NCBI GenBank assembly: GCA_964354805.1
Contig: CAYHBD010000033.1
Coordinates: 1-29,166 of the forward strand
From: an uncultured archaeon
GTDB taxonomy: Archaea > Iainarchaeota > Iainarchaeia > Iainarchaeales > GCA-2688035
DNA length: 29,166 nt
Reading direction: 5' to 3'
Shown piece after piece: positions 1-8,236 of this stretch; positions within the stretch are counted from its first letter, which is position 1, and each line of letters begins with the position of its first letter. The notes beneath the pieces were generated by a model, which had not been told where the DNA came from, did no database searches, and saw only the letters and a list, made by a program, of their open reading frames with translations. The position numbers and the translations under genes were made by a program.

Positions 1-89
1 TTGCATTCAAAGCCTTCGCTGGGCAAATCGCTGTCTTCGACATCAACAGTGAATCTTTCAAGGCTTCCGCCGCATTTTTTGCATTTCAT
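1..89 (-). CDS. Zinc-ribbon protein, probable antitoxin (YgiT/MqsA-type N-terminus); 5' part only, runs off window
   Basis: Read manually: ATG at 89 gives MKCKKCGGSLERFTVDVEDSDLPSEGFEC (CxxC...C), starting 1 nt after the stop of the upstream small basic ORF. Confidence 0.6.
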   Translation of the reverse strand, partial: MKCKKCGGSLERFTVDVEDSDLPSEGFEC

Positions 90-90
90 T

Positions 91-306
91 TCAATTCCCC
101 CTTTTGGCATTAATTACTCTCAACATGTTTCTTTCCTTGTCCCTTCTGCAAAAAACATAAATTTTCCGCCCTTTAAATTCAATGAAATCTTTCCCCTTCC
201 TTTTCTGTCGTCCAGTGAAGATTGTTTCGACAACCAGGCTCCAAGGAACAAACCTTTCGTGGAAGCGCTTGTAATGGGTCGTCTTAACAATTTTCAATGT
301 AGTCAT
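91..306 (-). CDS. Small basic protein, probable RelE/BrnT/DUF4258-like toxin
   Basis: 71 aa; 'TTHY..FHER.VPW..V' start and 'LRVINAKR' end resemble DUF4258/BrnT-like RNase toxins; coupled to a Zn-ribbon gene. Confidence 0.5.
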   Translation of the reverse strand: MTTLKIVKTTHYKRFHERFVPWSLVVETIFTGRQKRKGKDFIEFKGRKIYVFCRRDKERNMLRVINAKRGN

Positions 307-328
307 TAAGACTTCACAAGTATAATGA
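303..328. promoter_or_regulatory. Imperfect inverted repeat over the toxin start codon (putative TA operator)
   Basis: TCATTA-ag-ACTT-cac-AAGT-a-TAATGA. Confidence 0.4.
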
Positions 329-398
329 AATAGCTATATACTTAAAAAACCTTTTGCTTCGAAGAATTCGAAAAACTCTGCTGGAAAAAGAAACAAAG

Positions 399-518
399 TG
401 ATTAGCAGCGTCCAGGCCGCTCCAAGCAGCAGCTCAGTGCGAACCTTTTCCCTGCAGGTCTTAACTTCTGGGTTCGAGATGAGTCCAGGTGTTTCCCCTG
501 CGGCATGGCCGCTAATCA
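399..518 (-). rRNA. rrf: 5S ribosomal RNA (unlinked)
   Basis: Minus strand TGATTAGCGGCCATGCCGCAGGGGAAACACCTGGACTCATCTCGAACCCAGAAGTTAAG...GCTGCTAATCA; terminal helix TGATTAGC/GCTAATCA, conserved CGAAC loop and GAAGTTAAG; 120 nt. Confidence 0.93.
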
Positions 519-540
519 ACAAATATTGGTGCCGGCAAAG

Positions 541-548
541 TTTAAATA
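541..548 (-). promoter_or_regulatory. TATA box of the 5S rRNA gene
   Basis: TATTTAAA about 23-30 nt upstream of the 5S 5' end, preceded by an A-rich BRE-like stretch. Confidence 0.6.
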
Positions 549-662
549 GTTTTACTTTTGGGTTTGCAGCCGAATTTGATTTGAAAAAGGGCAGATTAAG
601 TTTTTGCTATACCAAAAGCATTCGAAAGTGTTAAATTCCTCAAATTCCATTATAATTATGGA

Positions 663-1331
663 ATGGGCAAACCGATTAGGGCAAGAAGGGGCTATCTCAC
701 GCCAGTGCAGGTTGCTAAAAGAGCAAGAAAACTGGGTTTTGTAATTGACCCAGCAAAGCTTTCAAGGAAAGCGCATGCTGGCGACATACCTTTTGCTATG
801 CCAATCCCCGGAATGCGAAGGGGCATAATGTTTTCTACGGCAAAGCTGGATGCAGTTATTGAAGCAGCACCAAAAAGGGCAGTTGTTCCAGAAGGAAGTG
901 TTACAGAATACGGCTTGCAAAAGCTTGCTTTAAGCCAGAACCTGAAACTGTATTCAACTACCATCAGGCAAACCATTGCCAGAATTGAGGCTGGAGAAGA
1001 GCCGCCAGCACCAGGCCTTGCAAGAGACCTTTCGCATCCAAAGCGCCCTTACATTATTCCAGCAGAGCTTGCTGAAAGAATTCTCAGGAGGGCAAGGATT
1101 AGAAAAAGAGTTAAGTTGCTTGTAAAGAAAGAAAAGCTGATTCCGATTGCAAAACTTGCAGATGCCCTTGACATGAGCAAGGGAGCCTTGCTTAAGTCAC
1201 CATACCTGCGCAAAATAATGGTTCAAGGCAGGGCTTATGTTACACCAAAAGAGGCAGACAGCTTTTTCTACTGGAAAATTGAAAGGGCAAAACGTAAATT
1301 AGGCAAATCTCTGTTACAAAGAGCATTTTAA
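663..1331 (+). CDS. Basic orphan protein with up to three excisionase/MerR-like HTH repeats
   Basis: 222 aa; repeated segments YLTPVQVAKRA.., VTEYGLQKLA.., LIPIAKLADALDMSKGAL..; Arg/Lys rich. Confidence 0.6.
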   Translation: MGKPIRARRGYLTPVQVAKRARKLGFVIDPAKLSRKAHAGDIPFAMPIPGMRRGIMFSTAKLDAVIEAAPKRAVVPEGSVTEYGLQKLALSQNLKLYSTTIRQTIARIEAGEEPPAPGLARDLSHPKRPYIIPAELAERILRRARIRKRVKLLVKKEKLIPIAKLADALDMSKGALLKSPYLRKIMVQGRAYVTPKEADSFFYWKIERAKRKLGKSLLQRAF

Positions 1332-1368
1332 CAGAATGGCTTGCTGTCAACTGCGATGAGGCCAGCAG

Positions 1369-1388
1369 CGCAAAAATAGCTTTTTGCG
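1369..1388. terminator. Hairpin between convergent genes
   Basis: CGCAAAAA-TAGC-TTTTTGCG. Confidence 0.4.
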
Positions 1389-1405
1389 AACTTTTTCCAG
1401 CGCTT

Positions 1406-1966
1406 TTACTTTTGCGCTTTTTTCTTTTTCCTTTTCCTTCCGCCGATCAGTTCAGCCGCAATCTTCAGGCCTTTTCTCAGTAGAGCTTCCCTTTTTGCCC
1501 CTGCGCAGATCATTTTGCCGTTCTTGAACAAAAGCAAAGTCAGCTTTGGCTCGCTGATCCTCAGGATTGCTCCTGGGAACTGCTCTGGCTCATACTCCAC
1601 ATTGTCCAGCTTTGTGGCAATCTGGAACAGGTCAAGTGTCTGGTTAAGGTTTGCTGTCGCAACCAAATTAACGACGTTGTATGTCACCCTTTTCTGCACT
1701 TTTACTTTGCGCTGCACGTCGTGAATCAATTTGCTTGCTTTCCTGATCGCAAGGCTTATTTCTTTCTCGCTGCTCGCGCCGCTGCAAATAACTTTTCCGT
1801 TCTTGAACAAAAGCATGCTCACTTTAGGCTCTTTCAGTTTCAAAATCGCGCCTGGGAACTGCTCTGGCTCATACTCAATGTTCGGAATGGTTATGGCCAG
1901 ATTATACAAATCCAAGGTGGCATTCAGGTTAGAAGAAGCAACCAAGTTAACAATCTGATATTTCAC
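1406..1966 (-). CDS. tbp: TATA-box binding protein
   Basis: Two repeats of NLVA...EYEPEQFPGAIL..PK..LLFKNGK.IC.GA; GTG start. Confidence 0.98.
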   Translation of the reverse strand: MKYQIVNLVASSNLNATLDLYNLAITIPNIEYEPEQFPGAILKLKEPKVSMLLFKNGKVICSGASSEKEISLAIRKASKLIHDVQRKVKVQKRVTYNVVNLVATANLNQTLDLFQIATKLDNVEYEPEQFPGAILRISEPKLTLLLFKNGKMICAGAKREALLRKGLKIAAELIGGRKRKKKKAQK

Positions 1967-2082
1967 AAGGCATCAACCCCCGTTGACAAAAAAGGCATTT
2001 AAACTACCCTTTAAAAACCATAATAAAAAGGGTTTCGGAAGATTTAAAAAGCCATTTTTTGCCAACCACGGGGCTCGGGAAT

Positions 2083-2131
2083 TGCACATAAACTAAAAGC
2101 TGCGCATAAAAGGCAAGGGTTGCGCATAAAA
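2083..2131 (+). repeat. Three direct repeats TGCRCATAAA in the tbp/rpl21e divergent region
   Basis: Copies at 2083, 2101 and 2121 (spacing 18 and 20). Confidence 0.7.
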
Positions 2132-2255
2132 TCTGTTTGCAAAAGATTCTTTGAAACAAGCAGCTTTGCCTTTTTCTCTATGTTATTTAAACATTTCCGA
2201 TTCAATTATGTTTAATACTTTTAATTTGTTTAGCCAGAGCTATGCAGGTGAGAAA

Positions 2256-2546
2256 ATGTCATGTAAGAAAGCAAGGGGAAAGAGAGCAAAGACAAGGTCA
2301 AAGATTTGTTGCAAAGGCGGAAAGTTAACTGTCAACAAGCTGCTTAGGAGATTTGAGAAAGGCAGTTGTGTCCAGGTGGTCATTGATTCTTCTTTGCACA
2401 GTGGGATGCCATTCAAGAATTTTCACGGCTGTAGTGGCGTTGTTGTTGGAGAGCAGGGCAAGGCGTTTGTTGTTGATGTAAAGCAGGGCGCTGCCAAGAA
2501 AAGGGTTTTGGTGCACGCTGGGCATTTGCAGCAGGCAAAGGCTTGA
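2256..2546 (+). CDS. rpl21e: 50S ribosomal protein L21e
   Basis: KARGKRAKTR, GMPFKNFHG..G.VVG, VHAGHL; SD AGGTGA before ATG 2256; conserved synteny with rpoF. Confidence 0.95.
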   Translation: MSCKKARGKRAKTRSKICCKGGKLTVNKLLRRFEKGSCVQVVIDSSLHSGMPFKNFHGCSGVVVGEQGKAFVVDVKQGAAKKRVLVHAGHLQQAKA

Positions 2547-2568
2547 ATTTTTTGGAGGAAGGTTGCTT

Positions 2569-2904
2569 ATGATTGGAGAAAAGCTGTTGAGCCAGAAAGC
2601 GGTTTCTTTGAGTGATGTAAAGGAATTGCTGAGTGAGAGGAAGAAGGAAAAGGATTTAACATACGAGCAGGATTTGACTTCGAAATATGCCAAGCGTTTC
2701 TGCAAGCTGAGCCCAGGCGAGGCTGAAAAGCTGCAGAACGAGCTCGGCAAAATCCCTGAATTGAACGATGTTTTGGCTGCGAAGATCTCTGATTTGCTGC
2801 CAGAGCGGATGGAAACACTGCAGTTGCTGGTCCCAAAGGAAGCAAAGGTAAGCGATGAGGCAGTACAGAAAATTCTTGCCTTGTGCAAAAAGTTCAGGAA
2901 ATAG
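2569..2904 (+). CDS. rpoF: DNA-directed RNA polymerase subunit Rpo4 (RpoF)
   Basis: MIGEKLLSQKAVSLSDVKELL, LTYEQ, YAKRF, AAKISDLLP; position after rpl21e. Confidence 0.93.
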   Translation: MIGEKLLSQKAVSLSDVKELLSERKKEKDLTYEQDLTSKYAKRFCKLSPGEAEKLQNELGKIPELNDVLAAKISDLLPERMETLQLLVPKEAKVSDEAVQKILALCKKFRK

Positions 2905-2985
2905 TTTGTTGGGGCAGTGCAGAAAACCAGTTTTTTGTGCAAAAAGTTCAGGAAATAGTTTTTGGGTTCCTTTTGGAAATAGTTT
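2854..2985 (+). repeat. 54-bp tandem duplication of the rpoF 3' end plus a partial third copy
   Basis: 2854-2907 vs 2908-2961, last 27 nt identical (TTGTGCAAAAAGTTCAGGAAATAGTTT); GGAAATAGTTT again at 2975. Confidence 0.9.
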
Positions 2986-3029
2986 TTTTTGTTTGGGTAG
3001 TTTTGGGAATTTTTTTTAGAGGGTTGGTT

Positions 3030-3596
3030 ATGCTGAATGAAGAGAGAGCCTTGGTATTGGACTATCTGCATCAGGGAAAGTCAGAAAGCTTTAAGAGCGA
3101 GCCCTTGGTGCAGCTGCTCGGGGAGCAGTTCTTTACTCTGCTTGAGGCCATTCCAAAGGGCGAATTAAAGGTTTTGGAGAGCGTTTATGTTGGCAAGGAG
3201 CAGAGGGATAAGATTGACCACATCAAGAGAAGGATCAGCAGCGGTGAATTGACAAGCACTGCTTCTGCCGAGCTGGAGAAAGCGATTGAGAAAATTGTTT
3301 TGCAGGACAAGCAGCGCTTTTTGCAGTTCTTTAATTCAGCCGGGCCAATTTCTCTCAGAAGGCACCAGCTTGAATTATTGCCTGGGTTTGGGAAAAAGCA
3401 CATGCACGACCTTTTGAATGAAAGGCAGAAAAAGCCTTTTGAGTCATTTGATGACCTTATTGCAAGGGTCAAGCTGCTGCCAGATCCGATCAAGGCAGTT
3501 GTCAAGAGGATTGAAATGGAACTGCAGGACGAAGACCTGAACCATTACCTTTTTGCTAGGCCTCCTGCAAAGGAACAACAATTCGGCAGAAGATGA
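3030..3596 (+). CDS. DUF655 family predicted RNA-binding protein (COG1491)
   Basis: EERALVLDYL, FFTLLE, RHQLELLPGFGKK, PFESFDDL; standard position between rpoF and ksgA. Confidence 0.92.
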   Translation: MLNEERALVLDYLHQGKSESFKSEPLVQLLGEQFFTLLEAIPKGELKVLESVYVGKEQRDKIDHIKRRISSGELTSTASAELEKAIEKIVLQDKQRFLQFFNSAGPISLRRHQLELLPGFGKKHMHDLLNERQKKPFESFDDLIARVKLLPDPIKAVVKRIEMELQDEDLNHYLFARPPAKEQQFGRR

Positions 3597-3721
3597 ATGC
3601 AGGGACTTTTGGGCAAAGCTGCAGTAAATGGCGTAATTGGCAGAAGATGAATTTTTTTTGATTGGGCAAAGCATTGGATGTTATTAAGCCCTGTTAATGG
3701 AAACAAATTCGGCAGAAGATG
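3580..3721 (+). repeat. Three copies of the DUF655 3' end
   Basis: GGCAGAAGATGAAT at 3585 and 3639 (offset 54); AATTCGGCAGAAGATG at 3580 and 3706. Confidence 0.85.
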
Positions 3722-3733
3722 GGTATTCTCTTT

Positions 3734-4555
3734 ATGTCAATTTTAAACGAATTGCAGAGCCTGATGATTCAATACAGGTTCAGGCCTAACAGGAAGCTTG
3801 GCCAGCACTTCATTGTAAAAGAAAGCGTGCTTGCCCAAATGGTTGAAGCAGCGGAGCTGAAAGCAGGCGACACTGTTTTGGAGATCGGTGCCGGAACAGG
3901 CTTTCTCACGAGGGAATTGCAAAAGCACTGCAGTGTTGTTGCAGTTGAACTGGATGAAAGGCTTTGCATGCTGCTTGAAAACGAATTGCCTAAAGAGAAT
4001 CTGCAATTGGTTAAGGGCGATTTTCTTGCTGTTGAACTGCCTTCTTTCAACAAGGTTGTTTCTCTGCCGCCTTATTCAAAAAGCAGCGCAATAATGTTCA
4101 GGCTGTTCCAATGCCCTTTTGAATTGGCTGTCCTTGTTTTCCAGAGGGAGTTCGCTGAAAAGCTGCTGGCATTGCCTGGATTTGTTGAATACAATGCCCT
4201 GAGTGTTTTGGCACAGTATCGCTTTGATGTGAAAATGCAGCAGAGGGTTCAGGCAAGCGCTTTTTTCCCGAAGCCAGAGGGAGACAGCTGCATTGTGAAA
4301 ATGGTTAAAACAGAAAAGCATGGCAAAGTAGTGGACGAAGCCGCTTTTACTGTATTCATCAAGAGTCTTTTCAGGTACCAGAACAAGAACCTTCGGAATG
4401 CTCTGGTTCACAGCTTTCCTTTCATAAAAAAAGAAATGCGCTTGAACGAAGCAAAATTCAATGAAAAAATTGCCGCTTTGCAAATGCATGATGTCAAAGT
4501 GAACCTGATTTCAGTGAAAGAGTTCGTGCAAATATTCAATGAATTGGTGAAATAA
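3734..4555 (+). CDS. rsmA: 16S rRNA adenine dimethyltransferase KsgA/Dim1
   Basis: LGQHF, VLEIGAGTGFLT, VSLPPY, FQREFAEKL, FFPKP. Confidence 0.95.
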   Translation: MSILNELQSLMIQYRFRPNRKLGQHFIVKESVLAQMVEAAELKAGDTVLEIGAGTGFLTRELQKHCSVVAVELDERLCMLLENELPKENLQLVKGDFLAVELPSFNKVVSLPPYSKSSAIMFRLFQCPFELAVLVFQREFAEKLLALPGFVEYNALSVLAQYRFDVKMQQRVQASAFFPKPEGDSCIVKMVKTEKHGKVVDEAAFTVFIKSLFRYQNKNLRNALVHSFPFIKKEMRLNEAKFNEKIAALQMHDVKVNLISVKEFVQIFNELVK

Positions 4556-4577
4556 TAAATTTCTTGAAAGATTTAAA

Positions 4578-6332
4578 TTACCCTCGCAAAGACATGTTGT
4601 CAAATATTATTTCTCCGGAAGAGCAGGTGTAGATATGACCAATTGTGATATGAAATCGTGAAATTGTCACATTGGGTTGGGTTGTAAACGTTGTTGAAAG
4701 AGTTTGCCAATCTGAGCTCGCGTAGTGATCAGGAGTGAAATGACCAACAACATACTCCCAATCAGAAGTGTACATGATAAAACCAATTCTAACATATGTG
4801 CACCTCGAGACTGCCTGATTTATTACTTTAAATTTGGTTTCAAATTCATAAGTGGTGTTTGGTTTAACGAGTAAGCCATAGTAATAGTAATGTCCCCAAG
4901 GTCCAAGAACTGTGTTCTCGATATTTTTTAGTTCATAGTCTCCACCAGTACAATTCATTGCATAGTTTCCTTCAAATGCATTGTTGTTATCTATCTGGCA
5001 AGTGCCAACCCCAGCTGATTTCATCCATACGAACCCATCTTCAAATGTGCCATCAACTGGGAAATAATTCCCAGTGGGATAACAGATTCCATCCCAGCAG
5101 GACTTGTCGGTTCCACAACTGGTTCCATCAGCAACGTTTGTGTGAATGATGCCTGTATTTTCGTCGCAAGAATCAATTGTACAAGGGTTGTTATCGTCCC
5201 AATTCAAGTCATCGCAGGAAAGACATGCGCCATTCTGACACCATAAACCCATTCCGCAATTTGTGCCATCCAGTTGATTAGAGTATTGGCATTCACCAAA
5301 ATTGCATGAATCAATTGTGCATGGGTTCCTGTCGTCACAATTCATGTCTGCACATAAGTTTATGCAAACCCCATTTTGGCAGACGCTATTAGGACCGCAT
5401 TGCTGACCCTCTCGCCAACTTACGTGTTGGCACAATCCATAGGTGCAGTCGTCTAATGTGCATTGGTTTCTGTCATCGCAGTCAATACAGTTGTTAACAC
5501 AAATGCCATTTTGACACCAACAATTTGCATCACTGATGTAGGTATTATCATCTACGCCTGTACATACATTTTCAATTATTACCAACCAGTAGTGGTCTGC
5601 ACTTAGTTTTCCATCCGACGCGATTACGTTTAAGTCGTGTTCACCACTTTTTAATCCGTTTGAATTTAGAATAAACTGGTTTCCATCGCCAACATTGTTT
5701 CCATTCAAAAACCAAGTAATTATTAATTCGTCGCCATCAGGGTCAGATGCAGTTATTGAAAACAATTGGGTTTCTCTTTCAGAAAGAGTTACAATTTTGT
5801 CTAAGGGAAAGCTTGATTCTATTACTGGCGGCCGATTTTCAACAAGAGCAGGTGCCACGTAAACTATTTTTGTTTTTTGATTATTTGCCCAATTTACATC
5901 CTCCCCAAATGGTCGAAAGGTTGCTGTAATTGTGGTGTCTCCTTCGATGCCAAGTCTTCCGCTTGTAAAAGTTATTACCCTAATTTCGTTTGTAGCTAAT
6001 TGGTCATCAGGGCTTCCTGGTATTGCTTGGCTTATTTGTCCAATTCCATTAGAATATACAATATCCACTTGGCCTGAAAACGAAGTGGGCACTCCCAGGT
6101 TTTTAATGGTTACTTGAATCTCTAATATGTCACCAACTTTCGGTTTTTCTGGGGAAATGTTCATGTCAATGACTGCTAAATCATATCCTAACAGTGGGCA
6201 GTCGTGTGGACAATTATCGTGTGTTTCGCCTCTTTCGCACACGCCATTTCCGCACAAGGTTGGCGGTACGATACAGCCACTCAAATAAATAGCTGAAACC
6301 AACAGTCCAACCAGAAAAATTGCCCTGCTCAT
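4578..6332 (-). CDS. Cys-rich multidomain surface lipoprotein (CARDB/Ig-like, Dictyostelium-type Cys repeats, CBM4/9-like C-terminus)
   Basis: Lipobox LSGC; CGNGVCERGETHDNCPHDC; DLAV..TIKNLG..NN CARDB motif; NRPPVI..ASDPDGD Ig-like domain; three xDDxNxCTxDxC repeats; DGTFE..VKPNTTYEF..IIFDNMSL. Confidence 0.8.
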   Translation of the reverse strand: MSRAIFLVGLLVSAIYLSGCIVPPTLCGNGVCERGETHDNCPHDCPLLGYDLAVIDMNISPEKPKVGDILEIQVTIKNLGVPTSFSGQVDIVYSNGIGQISQAIPGSPDDQLATNEIRVITFTSGRLGIEGDTTITATFRPFGEDVNWANNQKTKIVYVAPALVENRPPVIESSFPLDKIVTLSERETQLFSITASDPDGDELIITWFLNGNNVGDGNQFILNSNGLKSGEHDLNVIASDGKLSADHYWLVIIENVCTGVDDNTYISDANCWCQNGICVNNCIDCDDRNQCTLDDCTYGLCQHVSWREGQQCGPNSVCQNGVCINLCADMNCDDRNPCTIDSCNFGECQYSNQLDGTNCGMGLWCQNGACLSCDDLNWDDNNPCTIDSCDENTGIIHTNVADGTSCGTDKSCWDGICYPTGNYFPVDGTFEDGFVWMKSAGVGTCQIDNNNAFEGNYAMNCTGGDYELKNIENTVLGPWGHYYYYGLLVKPNTTYEFETKFKVINQAVSRCTYVRIGFIMYTSDWEYVVGHFTPDHYASSDWQTLSTTFTTQPNVTISRFHITIGHIYTCSSGEIIFDNMSLRG

Positions 6333-6501
6333 TTATCTTATTTTTATCCACCAACCATTATTTTATTATTTCGTTCAATTGATTGTGAAAACAATTTTTT
6401 CTTTGTTTCTTTTTTATTTTTCTTGCCATAATCTTCTCAATAATCAAATTCCATACAACAATTAAAGAGAGAAATCCTTATTTTTATATTCAATGGGCAG
6501 T

Positions 6502-8001
6502 TCACTGTATTTTTTCCAGAATCATTTTCTGCAATTCAATGGCGTTCGATTTTTTCGCGTGCTGCACTGCCAGGTTGAGCTTTCTCTTGTTTTCAGCGAA
6601 TATCGTAAAAACAGGCTGCCCTTTTTTGAGCTTTTGGCCAACTTCAACATGCAGTAACAAGCCGGCCTTTTTGTCTCCGGGCGCGCCTGCAATTCTCGCG
6701 ATTGAAGTGCATTTCCTCACGTTTATTTTGCTGATCTCGCCGTCAGCGCTGCCGCTGACCGTTTTTTTGAATTTTGCTTCGCCTATTTCCTTGCTGGTCA
6801 AGCACCTTGCCCCTTGAGCCTTGATTATTTCATGCATTTTCCTCAGGGCTTTGCCGCTCTGCAGAATCTCTTTCGCAATTGCATAGCCTTTTCCCTTCTT
6901 TGTTTTTCCAACCAGCTCAAACAGCACGCCTGCAAGCTCGCAGCTTTTTTGCGCCAGTTCATCAAAATATTTTCCCTCCAGAATCTGCATTACCTGCTTT
7001 GCCTCAAGCGCCGGCCCAAAAGCATTGCCGCATGGCCCGCTGCCGTCAGTAAGAACAGCTTCCACTTTGATGCCCAGCTTTTTTCCAACGGCAATGATTT
7101 TTTTGGCCATGTCCTCTGCCTTCTCCCTTGAATGGATCTTCACATCTGGGCCGACAGGCAAATCAACCACAACAAACTTGCTTCCAACGCTTGCTTTCTT
7201 TGCCATAACGGATGCAATAATCTGCCCTACTGGGTCCAAGCTGAAAGGGTGCTCTACCCTGATTATTTGGTCATCGGCAGGAGCCAGGTCAATCGCCCCG
7301 CCCCAGGTAATTACGCCGCCAACCCTCTCGGTAATCTGCTTTATTTTATTCAATGGAAGGCAGACGTCTGCAAGCACTTCCATTGAGTCAGCTGTTCCTG
7401 CAGCAGAGGTAATGCTCCTGCTGCTTGTTTTCGGAATATAATAGCCTGCTGCTGCAATAATCGGAACAATTATCATTGTTGCCCTGCCGTTTGTTCCGCC
7501 AATGCAGTGCTTGTCCAGAACAGGGCCTTTCTCCAAACGCAGCTGCAATCCGTCCTCTGTAAGCGCTTTGGTCATTGCAACTGTTTCGTTCAAATCATAT
7601 CCATGGATGAAAACAGCTGTAACAAAGGCTGAAACCTCCAGCTCGCTCAGCTTGTTTCCACCAATGTCATGAACAATTGCCCTTATTTCCTCACTGGTCA
7701 GGGTTTCGCCATCCATTTTCTTTTTAATGAAGCGCAGGCTCTCCGGTTTTTCAACAGGCCGAACCCTTATCTTTTTGCCATTCCTCAGCAGCAGCTTTTC
7801 CGCAACCTCTTTGAATACGCCAAGCTCATCCTGCTGCAGCATTGTTTTGGTTACATCAACAACAGTGACAATTTTCTTCCTGTTCTGCAGGTTGGTCAAT
7901 TCAACCCTGTCAAGGGGAAAAACGCCAAGCTCAACAGCATCAATATGATTCAGCAGGCAAACCATGCACTTTGCCTCAATGTCAAAAACCCTGGCTTTCA
8001 T
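6502..8001 (-). CDS. deoA: AMP phosphorylase (thymidine phosphorylase family); alternative start at 8034
   Basis: DKHCIGG, IPKTSSRSITSAAGTADSMEVL, GQIIASVMAKK, ARIAGAPGDKKAG; N-terminal archaeal extension. Confidence 0.93.
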   Translation of the reverse strand: MKARVFDIEAKCMVCLLNHIDAVELGVFPLDRVELTNLQNRKKIVTVVDVTKTMLQQDELGVFKEVAEKLLLRNGKKIRVRPVEKPESLRFIKKKMDGETLTSEEIRAIVHDIGGNKLSELEVSAFVTAVFIHGYDLNETVAMTKALTEDGLQLRLEKGPVLDKHCIGGTNGRATMIIVPIIAAAGYYIPKTSSRSITSAAGTADSMEVLADVCLPLNKIKQITERVGGVITWGGAIDLAPADDQIIRVEHPFSLDPVGQIIASVMAKKASVGSKFVVVDLPVGPDVKIHSREKAEDMAKKIIAVGKKLGIKVEAVLTDGSGPCGNAFGPALEAKQVMQILEGKYFDELAQKSCELAGVLFELVGKTKKGKGYAIAKEILQSGKALRKMHEIIKAQGARCLTSKEIGEAKFKKTVSGSADGEISKINVRKCTSIARIAGAPGDKKAGLLLHVEVGQKLKKGQPVFTIFAENKRKLNLAVQHAKKSNAIELQKMILEKIQ

Positions 8002-8058
8002 AACCTGGCTGTATTCGCTGCTGTCATTCGGCATAAAACCAGCAATAAAAAGGGAAAA

Positions 8059-8236
8059 ACAGTATTTAATTCTTTCTTGCAAATCTTCAACTGTTTTTGA
8101 ATTTAATTCGAAAGCAGTATTTAATCTTTTAATTCTTTTTTTCCACAGCTGCTGCACTTTTTTGAATTTAATTATATTTCATTTATTTTTTTTGTTTAAT
8201 CCTTTCTGACTTTTTCAAGTGCCTGCAGCACTTTTT
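8059..8236 (-). repeat. Degenerate tandem repeats, including a decayed copy of the LOG 3' end
   Basis: AATTAAATTCAAAAA...ATTAAATACTG occurs twice; AAAAAGTGCAGCAG...GATTAAA mirrors LOG end AAAAAGTGCTGCAG...GATTAAA at offset about 75. Confidence 0.55.

Noticed and set aside
334-634. ORFs 334-522(-) and 398-634(+)
   Set aside because: They overlap the 5S rRNA gene; spurious
2883-3029. Hydrophobic N-terminal extension of DUF655 in the ORF track
   Set aside because: Artefact of the rpoF tail repeats and T-rich spacer; ATG 3030 matches the family start
2854-3721. Repeats as a CRISPR array
   Set aside because: Only 2-3 copies per locus, sequences differ between loci and equal gene ends; no cas genes
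6358-6429. 23-aa basic mini-ORF MARKIKKKQRK..
   Set aside because: Too short and A-rich to support as a gene
8035-8157. N-terminal extension of AMP phosphorylase
   Set aside because: Runs through intergenic repeats; family length fits start 8001 or 8034
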